Positions 18,811 to 27,648 of a stretch of DNA of 64,000 bases are shown here, piece by piece. Source of the DNA: an uncultured bacterium (GTDB lineage: Bacteria > Babelota > Babeliae > Babelales > Vermiphilaceae); the NCBI GenBank assembly GCA_963702025.1, contig OY969699.1, forward strand, positions 1,152,001 through 1,216,000. The letters run 5' to 3'. The translations under genes and the position numbers were made by a program. The notes under the pieces are model-generated. The model made no database searches and was not told where the DNA came from. It was given only the letters and a program-made list of their open reading frames with translations. Position 1 is the stretch's first letter. Each line of letters opens with the position of its first letter.

Positions 18811-21375
18811 CTAGTCCACCAGCCCTTTAAGGTATCTTCCGGTATGGCTTGCTTTGCAACGAGCAACATCTGCCGGAGTTCCTTGCGCAATAATAGTGCC
18901 CCCTTCATTGCCCGCTTCGGGTCCTAAATCAATTAAATGATCAACTGTTTTAAGAACATCAAGATTGTGCTCAATCACAATCATTGAGTTGCCCTTTTGC
19001 ACCAACTTGTTGAGTACCGCCAGTAGTTTTTCTATATCATGATTATGTAATCCGGTGGTCGGCTCGTCAAGAATATACATCGTTTTATTGCCCCGTTTTG
19101 CCAGCTCATCAACGAGCTTAATACGTTGCGCCTCACCACCTGATAGCGTAATTGCCGGTTGACCAAGCTTAAGATAATCAAGCCCTACTTCGCAAAGCAG
19201 ATTAAGCCGTTTGGCAATCGTAGCATGTGCCGCAAAGAACTGCGCCGCTTCTAATGCAGTCATTTCCAACACATCAGAAATATTTTTATTTTTATAGGCA
19301 ATTTCCAATGTCTGCGCATTATAGCGTTTGCCATGACATGTTTTACAAACCATAGTCACTTCGGGCAAGAAGTGCATAGTCACTTTAATAATACCGTCAC
19401 CATTACATTCAAAGCAGCGCCCTTCGGGCATATTAAAGCTAAATCGCCCCACTTTATAACCGCGGGCATTACTTTCAGGTAAACCCGCAAAGAGTTTACG
19501 AATATCATCAAACACACCCAAATAGGTTGCCGGATTAGAACGCGGGGTGCGCCCAATAGGTGTTTGATCAATTACGACTAAGTGATCGAGCTGTTCAACT
19601 CCTTTTAAATCTTCATCAACTGAGCCAATTTTATGCTTAGCATTTAATGCTCGCTCCAAGGCAGGAACCAGCTCTTGCATTATTAACGTACTTTTACCCG
19701 ACCCGGAAACTCCTGAAATGCCACACACCACACCCAGCGGAAATTTTACCGTGAGATCTTTTAAATTATTTTTTTGCGCGTGCGCCAAGGTAAGATAGCC
19801 GGTTGGCTTACGTAGCGCCTCTATTCTTTGTATAGAACGTTTGCCACATAAATAGGCGCCCGTTAATGATTTAGAATTTTTGGTAATAGTAGCCGGCGTT
19901 CCCACGGCGGTAACCGTTCCGCCATGTATTCCTGCTGCGGGCCCCATATCGATGATATAGTCTGATTGCTTCATGGTATCAATATCGTGCTCAACCACCA
20001 CAACCGTGTTTCCTTGATCCTTTAATTTTTGTAATGTCGCAATTAACCGATCATTATCACGCTGGTGCAAGCCAATGCTCGGCTCATCAAGAATATATAA
20101 TACGCCCGAAAGCGCAGAACCAATTTGGGTCGCCAAACGAATACGCTGGCCTTCTCCGCCAGATAAGGTGCGCGCTGAACGATTTAAAGAAAGATATGAT
20201 AATCCAACATCACGTAAAAAGGTAAGCCGCGCAACAATCTCTTTGATCAAACTTGCGCCAATTTCCCGTTCACTTTCGGTTAATTTTACCATGTTGAAAA
20301 AGGCAAGCAATTCGCTCACCGATTTATTACCCAGGTCAAAAATATTTGCATCGCCAATTGTAACGGCAAGGGCCAATTTATTTAGTCTTTTACCATAACA
20401 AGAAGAACAGGTTTGCTCTTTTGCATATTTATTGCCAAAAAAATCGGGATAATTAGATTTCCAGGCTTCTGGATCATGAGCATTCCACGGCCATTCATGG
20501 ATAATGCCAAGGCCGCTACATTTTTCACAGGCCCCAATAGGCGAGTTAAATGAGAACAATCGCGGCTCTAATTCAGGAATTGATATGGCACAAGTGGTAC
20601 ACATGCGATTTGATGAATAAAGATATTCCCGATCACCAACAATTACTTTACAGGTTCCTTGAGCCAATTTATCAGCAGTTTCTAATGCCTCAGTCAAACG
20701 CGCTTTTTCTTCTGCTTTTACCTCAATCGCATCAATTAATAAATCAATTGAATGTTTGTAAGTTTTTCCCAGCTTTAATTGTTTAATTTCATCTTCGGAT
20801 TTGAATCGATAAATCTTACCATCGATAGCAAAGCGATAAAATCCTTTTTTAAAGAGTACACTCAGCTCATTAATAAATTCACCCTTTTTTGCTATAGCTA
20901 TAGGCGCCGCAATGGTAATCAGATCCTCCTTAAAATTGGCAATCACCATCTGTCCTATTTTTTCAGGTGATTCGGCACTAATGGGCATATGGCAATCCGG
21001 ACAGTGTACGCGGCCAATACGGGCAAATAACACCCTTAAATAATCCGAAATTTCAGTGATAGTACCTACTGTAGACCGAGGATTTGCCCCTACTGTCTTT
21101 TGCTCAATAGCAATCGAAGGGCACAGGCCATCTATGCGATCAAAATCAGGCTTTTTGGCAATTCCTAGAAATTGGCGGGCATACGAGGATAAAGATTCCA
21201 TATAACGCCTTTTACCCTCAGTAAAAAGAATATCGAGCGCTAAAGAACTCTTTCCCGAACCAGAAGGTCCGGTTATAACCGTCAATTTCCCCTTAGGGAT
21301 AGCTACGTCAACATTCTTTAAGTTATGTTCACGAGCCCCATAAACCTTTATCCAATCGTTTTTTTGGTCAGCCAT
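18811..21375 (-). CDS. uvrA: Excinuclease ABC subunit A (short form)
   Basis: GAREHNLKN, two Walker A motifs (GSGKS), two LSGGE signatures, zinc-finger CxxC pairs; GGAGG RBS before MADQK. Confidence 0.97.
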   Translation of the reverse strand: MADQKNDWIKVYGAREHNLKNVDVAIPKGKLTVITGPSGSGKSSLALDILFTEGKRRYMESLSSYARQFLGIAKKPDFDRIDGLCPSIAIEQKTVGANPRSTVGTITEISDYLRVLFARIGRVHCPDCHMPISAESPEKIGQMVIANFKEDLITIAAPIAIAKKGEFINELSVLFKKGFYRFAIDGKIYRFKSEDEIKQLKLGKTYKHSIDLLIDAIEVKAEEKARLTEALETADKLAQGTCKVIVGDREYLYSSNRMCTTCAISIPELEPRLFSFNSPIGACEKCSGLGIIHEWPWNAHDPEAWKSNYPDFFGNKYAKEQTCSSCYGKRLNKLALAVTIGDANIFDLGNKSVSELLAFFNMVKLTESEREIGASLIKEIVARLTFLRDVGLSYLSLNRSARTLSGGEGQRIRLATQIGSALSGVLYILDEPSIGLHQRDNDRLIATLQKLKDQGNTVVVVEHDIDTMKQSDYIIDMGPAAGIHGGTVTAVGTPATITKNSKSLTGAYLCGKRSIQRIEALRKPTGYLTLAHAQKNNLKDLTVKFPLGVVCGISGVSGSGKSTLIMQELVPALERALNAKHKIGSVDEDLKGVEQLDHLVVIDQTPIGRTPRSNPATYLGVFDDIRKLFAGLPESNARGYKVGRFSFNMPEGRCFECNGDGIIKVTMHFLPEVTMVCKTCHGKRYNAQTLEIAYKNKNISDVLEMTALEAAQFFAAHATIAKRLNLLCEVGLDYLKLGQPAITLSGGEAQRIKLVDELAKRGNKTMYILDEPTTGLHNHDIEKLLAVLNKLVQKGNSMIVIEHNLDVLKTVDHLIDLGPEAGNEGGTIIAQGTPADVARCKASHTGRYLKGLVD

Positions 21376-21571
21376 ATCATTACCTCCATGAATAGTTACA
21401 AATAGCAATTTTTGCCTATTTTTCCAAATTTGTCAATGTTTCATAGTAGCACATTTTAAAGAAAAGTAAAAGGGGTACTGATAGGCGATTTCCAGGATGC
21501 CTCTCCTTAATTCTTCATTTATATTGATTTCCTATCTGAAATTATTGTATTATAAAATAAAAGGAGAAAAA

Positions 21572-21916
21572 ATGAAGAAATTATTATTAACCTTATCTCT
21601 GGCAGCTTTAATGCCAGCACTTGTTCAAGCAGCACCTATTGCTCATAGCACATCAGCTGTTTCGTACAAAGAAACGTATAAATCTAAACTTGCCGTTTCT
21701 TTTGGAGAAGAGCCTTTTAGCTATATTCTCGTTGGCAAAGCAAGTGGTGGCTTTGTTAATCTTAACCCTCAAACTGGAGAATATACCTTTGTATTTGACC
21801 CTAATTCTACCCTGGGTCGCTTTTCTTTTAAGGCAACTGATGCTGAAGGCAAAACTAGCAATGATGCAATAGTTGAAATAAAACGAAAACCTGGCACTGA
21901 ACAGCAAAGAGGTTAA
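21572..21916 (+). CDS. Small secreted single-domain protein, Ig/cadherin-like
   Basis: AGGAG RBS; signal peptide; pattern P..Y.LVG...G...LN..TG.YTF and F.F.ATD..G. Confidence 0.7.
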   Translation: MKKLLLTLSLAALMPALVQAAPIAHSTSAVSYKETYKSKLAVSFGEEPFSYILVGKASGGFVNLNPQTGEYTFVFDPNSTLGRFSFKATDAEGKTSNDAIVEIKRKPGTEQQRG

Positions 21917-21954
21917 TTGTAGCTAAAAAATGTTAAAATTTGCAAAGGAGAAAC

Positions 21955-22329
21955 ATGAAGAAATTATTTTTAACAGGTTTTGCAATTGCCTCATTAATTG
22001 CATTAAATTTACAAGCACAGCCAGTTGCGCAAAATCATATGGTTTTTACAGGTTTTCAAGTATATCATGGTGGTCTTTCTAATTCAGTACAAGGTGGAAT
22101 TGCCCCGCTAACTTATACACTAGTTGGCAATCCACTAGGTGGAACTTTAGCTCTTAATGCCAATACTGGCGATTTTACTTTTACCTTTAATCCGGCTCTA
22201 AATCCACTAACATTTGCTGATGGGATTATGTTTGGAGAATTTCACTATCGCGTAACTGATGCCAACGGAATGGAAGACTTTGCGGCTGTATATTTGAATT
22301 ATGATCCATCTATACAAGTAAAAGGATAA
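21955..22329 (+). CDS. Small secreted Ig/cadherin-like paralog
   Basis: AGGAG RBS; signal peptide; PLTYTLVG..GG.LALNANTGDFTF and FHYRVTDANG align with the upstream gene. Confidence 0.7.
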   Translation: MKKLFLTGFAIASLIALNLQAQPVAQNHMVFTGFQVYHGGLSNSVQGGIAPLTYTLVGNPLGGTLALNANTGDFTFTFNPALNPLTFADGIMFGEFHYRVTDANGMEDFAAVYLNYDPSIQVKG

Positions 22330-22784
22330 GTAAATTTATTGCTCGAACAGCTGGATAATACATACGCGCGGATTTTCCATTTCTGATTGCTCAAATCCAT
22401 CGGCACCTAAAATAGCTATTTTTAGACCTTCTAATTTTTTCATAGATTTACCTTTTTAAGAAAAGTAAATCATGGGGCAAAGTATGGCAATATTTTTATT
22501 ACCAATTATTTATTTGACTATTTGAATAAAATATGCTTTACTAGATTTAAATAACCATTTTAAAGAGAAAAACATGGAAAATAATTTAACAAATTTCTGT
22601 ATCGAAGAGGCTCTCATTGAGAGCTTTATTTTCATGTCCAGTTTCTCCTCATCCCATTTCCCATTTTCAATTCTCAAGAAGCGCCCCTAGCAGGGCAATC
22701 AATTTCGTATGCAGAAGCAGACTTCTGCACAATCAATTATAATTTTGTTTTTTATTATTATTTTTTTAATTTTTTGGAATTATT

Positions 22785-23223
22785 ATGGAATTTTTTAATT
22801 ATCGAAATTTATTTTTATTATTTTGTATAGCCATTTCAGTTCATGCGATGGAAACCAATCACAACCGGCGTATAGCAACAAATGTTGCTGCGCCAGTGTG
22901 TGTCCCTCAAGAGTTCCCCAAGCGTTTTTAATATAAACCCCAATTGGCACTTAATGCCTGCCGACATCTTTAACCTTATTGCATCAACCCTAGTTATTAA
23001 CAGATGGAACCGAAACGGCCTGGAAGATCTAATCAATCTCTCTCTTGTTTGTCGACGATTTCGTAATCTTACTGTTAATTCGCCTCAATTTATAAATTTA
23101 CGCGAGATGGTGCATGCCCAAGAAAGAGCGGACGCCCAAGCACGAAGAGCCGCTGAAAGACAACAAGATGCTGAGCGCGAAATGGATAGGTTATATTCCG
23201 TAGGAAGACGAGGACGTTATTAA
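22785..23223 (+). pseudogene. Frameshifted secreted F-box-like protein
   Basis: ATG at 22785 encodes a signal peptide (…CIAISVHA-ME…) and stops at 22931. The +1 frame carries WHLMPADIFNLI…LINLSLVCRRFRNL through to 23223. Confidence 0.65.
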
Positions 23224-23234
23224 AATCGATACTT

Positions 23235-23267
23235 GGGCGAATCGATTGCTGTTGGTTCGCCCTTTTT
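23235..23267 (+). terminator. Rho-independent terminator
   Basis: GGGCGAATCGA…TTGGTTCGCCC followed by TTTTT. Confidence 0.7.
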
Positions 23268-23287
23268 AACGAAACTAATAGTAATCT

Positions 23288-23316
23288 TTTGCAATTTAGC
23301 TTAAAAATCGTATAAT
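23288..23316 (+). promoter_or_regulatory. Probable tRNA-His promoter
   Basis: TTGCAA (23289) followed 16 bp later by TATAAT (23311). Confidence 0.55.
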
Positions 23317-23337
23317 TATCTCATCCTTAAATTATAT

Positions 23338-23414
23338 GGTGGAAGTAGCTCAGTTGGTAGAGCATCGGGTTGTGGTTCCGAGGGTCATGGGTTCGATCCC
23401 CATCTTTCACCCCA
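23338..23414 (+). tRNA. tRNA-His (GUG)
   Basis: GGTGGAAGTAGCTCAGTTGGTAGAGCATCGGGTT-GTG-GTTCCGAGGGTCATGGGTTCGATCCCCATCTTTCACCCCA; encoded G-1 opposite C73; CCA. Confidence 0.96.
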
Positions 23415-23690
23415 TACTACGCCTATGTGGGCCTTCCTATTTCGCCAAGGCTTCGTCGGACGAGTCCGGTTCGCTTGCACTTCGAAGCTCGAAGAGCAAA
23501 GTAGTGGCAAGCTACGCCTGGCTATCGCCAGTTAAGGAAAATTATATTTTTCCGCTCATCCTGAGGAGCAGCTGAAAGCTGCGTCTCGAAGGACGTATGG
23601 CACGGCCAGTTAAGGTAAAATTTATTAAAAAGCGGAGTTTATCCTGAGCGAGCTTTGCGAGTCGAAGGGCCTGGCTATCGCCAGTTAAGA
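23415..23690. repeat. Composite palindromic repeat cluster at the tRNA-His 3' end
   Basis: Three units end in TGGC-N4/5-GCCAGTTAAG (GCCAGTTAAG at 23527, 23605 and 23680). Contains TGAG…TCGAA palindromes at 23552-23593 and 23637-23669. Confidence 0.85.
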
Positions 23691-23725
23691 TATAAATTTA
23701 TTAGCTTATAAATAGGTCTCATGAC

Positions 23726-23959
23726 ATGAAATTTGAATTTTGTCCTGAATTAATTCTGGGTACCGCCCTCCTTTTATGGGGCTTATCGATTATTATTAAA
23801 GTGGTTACAGGCATTGATTTACCAGTATTTAAAACCTTACTGGCCATTTTCTTGATCTATATTGGTTTAAATATACTTTTTGGTCCACGCTGGAAAAGCT
23901 ATTGCAAGCGTACCATTTACACTTACACGATCAATGAAGATGAACATGAAGAAAAATAA
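23726..23959 (+). CDS. Small membrane protein
   Basis: 77 aa, two TM helices (LiaF-TM-like pattern), AGGT RBS. Confidence 0.7.
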   Translation: MKFEFCPELILGTALLLWGLSIIIKVVTGIDLPVFKTLLAIFLIYIGLNILFGPRWKSYCKRTIYTYTINEDEHEEK

Positions 23960-24034
23960 TCAAATTCTGCTTGCAACAACTGCAAAAAAACTATACATTT
24001 ACTAACGTTCTTTCTTTTATTCGAAAAATCTAAT

Positions 24035-24110
24035 CGGGGCATGGCGCAATTGGTAGCGCACTCGCTTTGGGAGCGAGGGGTTGTCAGTTCGAGTCTGGCT
24101 GCCCCGACCA
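24035..24110 (+). tRNA. tRNA-Pro (UGG)
   Basis: CGGGGCATGGCGCAATTGGTAGCGCACTCGCTT-TGG-GAGCGAGGGGTTGTCAGTTCGAGTCTGGCTGCCCCGACCA; upstream TTGCAA-17-TACATT (23971-23999). Confidence 0.96.
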
Positions 24111-24280
24111 GAATCCTTCGTAGTTCAGTGTATGCGAAGTTGGACCACTTTCCCTAGTTCATTGTTTTTTTTCAGCACATTTACAAGAATAATTTGACTA
24201 TCCTCCTGCTTCAGTTTAACCTCAAATTACCGTAAATACCGTTACCATTTTTTATACTCAAATAAGCAAACAGGAGTAGT

Positions 24281-25180
24281 ATGTCTTGTAAAAAGGTTAT
24301 TTCTTTTTTGGCCCTTTTTCTTATTCACCAAGCCGGCGGGGTAACACTCGATTCAACCGCATATCAACATGATGCAAAAAAATGGAAAAATAAATATTTA
24401 GTCAACGGTTCTGGCTTAACCTCCTCTGATTTGCAGTACATTGCTAATTTATTTTACTTTTCATTATTACGTTCGGTTGCAACGCTTGCCGCGCAAGAAG
24501 CTGCCGTGCCAGCGCTCGATACCATGTGGCGCGGCTGGCAGAATATCGCACAAACCCGTATGAATCCTTCACATTCTTTGCCGTATCCGTTAAATTACCA
24601 CGAACAACAACAAACGTATGATTTTTTTATTCAAGCACAACAGATACATCGCTCGGGTGGCCTCACCTATGCACATGCATCCCAAGTAGTGGTGAAAGAA
24701 AATGTAGTATCTGCTGATGCGCTATCTGCAGTACAAGAAGTACGCCAGAACGCGCGAACCGTTATCATGGAAGCATTTTTAGATATCAAAAAAATATTGG
24801 GCGCCGCTTATAATTTTGCGTCAGAACATCTGCGCGAAGAATCGCTCTATAAGGATGATGAAAATCTTCGTTGGGACCTAGTTGATACAATCATCTCGTA
24901 TATTCCTAAGCTTGCATCTCAATCATTTATTGAAGCGGAAAAAATACAAACTCAAGCAAGCGAAAAAAGTTGGGAAATTATCCAGAACATAATTGAGGTA
25001 AACACTCAAATTTGGAATGCCGTTGAAACTGCCCGTGCATCATATTATCTAGCCTACTATCGTGAAATCATTCAATTTATGTATGAGCAAGCTATTGATA
25101 CAAACTACTTGCTAGTCGCATTTAATGAAAATGGCATAACCCCAACGCAAGAACGTGATGAATTATTGCCGCTTGTTTAA
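24281..25180 (+). CDS. Hypothetical secreted alpha-helical protein
   Basis: AGGAG RBS, signal peptide, 299 aa. Confidence 0.75.
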   Translation: MSCKKVISFLALFLIHQAGGVTLDSTAYQHDAKKWKNKYLVNGSGLTSSDLQYIANLFYFSLLRSVATLAAQEAAVPALDTMWRGWQNIAQTRMNPSHSLPYPLNYHEQQQTYDFFIQAQQIHRSGGLTYAHASQVVVKENVVSADALSAVQEVRQNARTVIMEAFLDIKKILGAAYNFASEHLREESLYKDDENLRWDLVDTIISYIPKLASQSFIEAEKIQTQASEKSWEIIQNIIEVNTQIWNAVETARASYYLAYYREIIQFMYEQAIDTNYLLVAFNENGITPTQERDELLPLV

Positions 25181-25223
25181 TGAAAATAATATGTGTATTT
25201 ACTTTACATAAAAGGAGTCCTTT

Positions 25224-26126
25224 ATGAACAAAAATAGTTTATTGTTACTCGCCTTAAGTGCCGGTAACCTGTCATCAGTATTTGCTGATAATGAAAAAAA
25301 ATCGATTAGCGGTGAAGATATTATACAACATGCAAACGTTTGGGTATCAGACCATGCCCTTTCCCTAAAGCACGATGATCTTTGTATCCTTGCCAACCTT
25401 TTATATGTTAATTGTGAATTTCTGGATCTTGAAAGCAGATTACGGTCAATGATTTACACAAGCCAAAATCAATTAGCAGCAATTCTGGTTTGCAAACCGG
25501 AAGATTTTTCAAAAATTATTGAATTAAATGCCTCGGCATTAAAGGGAATATGGGAAGCGCTTCTTCCACAACGTGAAAATGCCAGATCCGTCGGAGTTCA
25601 AATTGACAATTACTTAAAAAGTGAATGCTCTTCGGAATTAAAAACGATTATTGACGGGCTGGAAAAATATACACAAGCGATTGTATCGCAGCTAATTCGC
25701 CAAGACCAACAAAAAATTGAGAACAAAGTGCAAGAATGCAATGCTACTCTAAAAGGACAAGCAGAAAAAACAAAAGAGTATATAGGCATTTTGGATGCAG
25801 TGCTCGAACACAAAAATCCATATTTGCAAGAAGGGCAAGATGCTGCAATAACTGATTTTAACGTTATTTCTTCCGTCGCCGATTCTCTTTTTGCCTCCTG
25901 TAAATTAATGAACGATGCCACAACGGTAATGAAATACATGTCATTGGATGTGATGCACATTAATAGGTTCGTATTCCAAATTTTTTATAAAACGTTATAC
26001 GAAAGATTAAAGAAAGAGAACATGCTACCAATGCCTCTTATGTTCAATGCCCAAAAAGGTAAACTATGCATGGAAGAATGCAACGTTAATTTACCGGCAC
26101 TTGTCGAAACACCAAAAAAATCGTAA
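25224..26126 (+). CDS. Hypothetical secreted alpha-helical protein (probable distant paralog of upstream gene)
   Basis: AGGAG RBS, signal peptide, 300 aa; shares DL..(I/L)ANL.Y and a C-terminal FN…LP(A)LV. Confidence 0.75.
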   Translation: MNKNSLLLLALSAGNLSSVFADNEKKSISGEDIIQHANVWVSDHALSLKHDDLCILANLLYVNCEFLDLESRLRSMIYTSQNQLAAILVCKPEDFSKIIELNASALKGIWEALLPQRENARSVGVQIDNYLKSECSSELKTIIDGLEKYTQAIVSQLIRQDQQKIENKVQECNATLKGQAEKTKEYIGILDAVLEHKNPYLQEGQDAAITDFNVISSVADSLFASCKLMNDATTVMKYMSLDVMHINRFVFQIFYKTLYERLKKENMLPMPLMFNAQKGKLCMEECNVNLPALVETPKKS

Positions 26127-26136
26127 ATAAATAACT

Positions 26137-27243
26137 ATGTTACAGATCGATCGTCGATATTTTCGTTATTTTGACTGGATAAACTTCTTTCTTATTATCG
26201 GCATGTCGGCGATCGGTCTTTTTTTTATTTTCAGCGCTACCTATAAGCCTGAGCAACCCTCTTCAATATTTTTTAAAAAACAATTATTTGGCATCATATC
26301 AGGAATAGTAATTTATCTTCTTTGTTCCGCAACCGATTTTCGCTCATTACTGCGCTGGGGCTATTTTGCCTATTTTGTTATACTTTTTCTTTTAGCTTTT
26401 ACCATTATAAAAGGCAGTATTGGCATGGGGGGCCAACGTTGGTTGGATCTTGGCTTTTTTCGCTTCCAACCATCTGAACTGGCAAAACTATTTTTTCCTG
26501 CGTATGCAACCTATTATTTTTATACCGAAAAAGATTCTCTCTCTTTCACATTTATGCAATTTCTTCCCGTATTATCCGTTTTGGGCATTAGTTTTCTGTT
26601 GATACTCAAACAACCCGATTTAGGTACCGGTTTGGTCCTGTTATTTGCTGGCCTAATCATGGTCTGGTTAGCAGGTATTAATAAACGATTTTTTATCTAT
26701 GGCGGCCTCATAGTACTTATTACGGCACCCGTCTCCTGGCATCTATTGCGACCATATCAAAAACAAAGAGTTTTAGTGTTTTTAGGACAAGGCGACAGCA
26801 AAAAGGAACGGTATCAGATTGAACAATCGCAAATTGCTATAGGATCGGGAGGCTTACAAGGCAAAGGACTCTTGAAGGGCACTCAAAACAAATTACAGTT
26901 TCTGCCAGAAAGCCGCACCGATTTTATTTTTTCAGTAATTGCCGAAGAAACAGGATTTATTGGCGCGGTTATCATTCTGCTAATATTTGCAATTCTTTTT
27001 TTTCAGTCATTGTGGATAGCAGTTTCAATTAAATCCCCCTTTGTTCAGTTACTGGCAATAGGTCTTGTTTTACCAATAATTATTTCTACCCTCATTAACA
27101 TTGCCATGGTAACTGGATTAATGCCCATTGTGGGAATACCGTTACCCTTTATGAGTTACGGCCTGAGCAATTTATGGGTTAATTTTGCAAGCATGGGGTG
27201 GTTCAACGCAATTGCAATACGAAGATTTTACTGGGGAGAATAA
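26137..27243 (+). CDS. rodA: Rod shape-determining SEDS protein RodA
   Basis: GGQRWLDLG, FQPSELAK, KQPDLGT, YQKQRV, IGSGGLQGKG, LPESRTDFIF, GIPLPFMSYG. Confidence 0.93.
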   Translation: MLQIDRRYFRYFDWINFFLIIGMSAIGLFFIFSATYKPEQPSSIFFKKQLFGIISGIVIYLLCSATDFRSLLRWGYFAYFVILFLLAFTIIKGSIGMGGQRWLDLGFFRFQPSELAKLFFPAYATYYFYTEKDSLSFTFMQFLPVLSVLGISFLLILKQPDLGTGLVLLFAGLIMVWLAGINKRFFIYGGLIVLITAPVSWHLLRPYQKQRVLVFLGQGDSKKERYQIEQSQIAIGSGGLQGKGLLKGTQNKLQFLPESRTDFIFSVIAEETGFIGAVIILLIFAILFFQSLWIAVSIKSPFVQLLAIGLVLPIIISTLINIAMVTGLMPIVGIPLPFMSYGLSNLWVNFASMGWFNAIAIRRFYWGE

Positions 27244-27256
27244 TCAACTTCGCTGG

Positions 27257-27571
27257 CTATTCCGCTTTATGTTTTGCTAACTTTTCAAGAGCAGCGTCCG
27301 CCCATACCATCACTGTTGCCGGCATATACAAAATTGTGTCCACAACAACATTGCCACATAATTGGCAACAGCTTTCATCATTAGTATCATTAGAGTTATT
27401 TTTTTCATTTTTATCATTAAGAGCATCGTGCAGATCCGAGTATGTACGCGTTTTTTTGACCAATTGATTTGGACCGGTAGAAGTAGTTATTGTAACTATA
27501 TTTTTTTCCATTGCTGGCAAATTTAGGGAGAATAATGTTATGCTGCATGTCAAAAGAATCGTATATTTCAT
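27257..27571 (-). CDS. Small hypothetical secreted protein
   Basis: MKYTILL…LNLPA-ME signal-type N-terminus after an AGGA RBS. Confidence 0.6.
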   Translation of the reverse strand: MKYTILLTCSITLFSLNLPAMEKNIVTITTSTGPNQLVKKTRTYSDLHDALNDKNEKNNSNDTNDESCCQLCGNVVVDTILYMPATVMVWADAALEKLAKHKAE

Positions 27572-27648
27572 GATGATCCTGCGATGAAAATTAAAGAGAA
27601 TGTTAAACATATTTAGCAATTGTACGTATTTATAAAAGTAAGTCAAAC

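Noticed and set aside
22330..22784. AT-rich gap with a 38-codon ORF at 22574 and a small GCTCTC/GAGAGC hairpin
   Set aside because: No recognisable motif or RNA family; could be decayed sequence, but there is not enough evidence to call.
23336..23575. 79-aa ORF
   Set aside because: Overlaps tRNA-His and the repeat cluster.
23515..23690. Integron attC sites suggested by repeated GCCAGTTAAG
   Set aside because: No RYYYAAC…GTTRRRY pairing, no cassette ORFs between units, and no integron integrase.
23338..24110. Prophage or genomic island integrated at the tRNAs
   Set aside because: No integrase, and no duplicated tRNA 3' end was found in the window.
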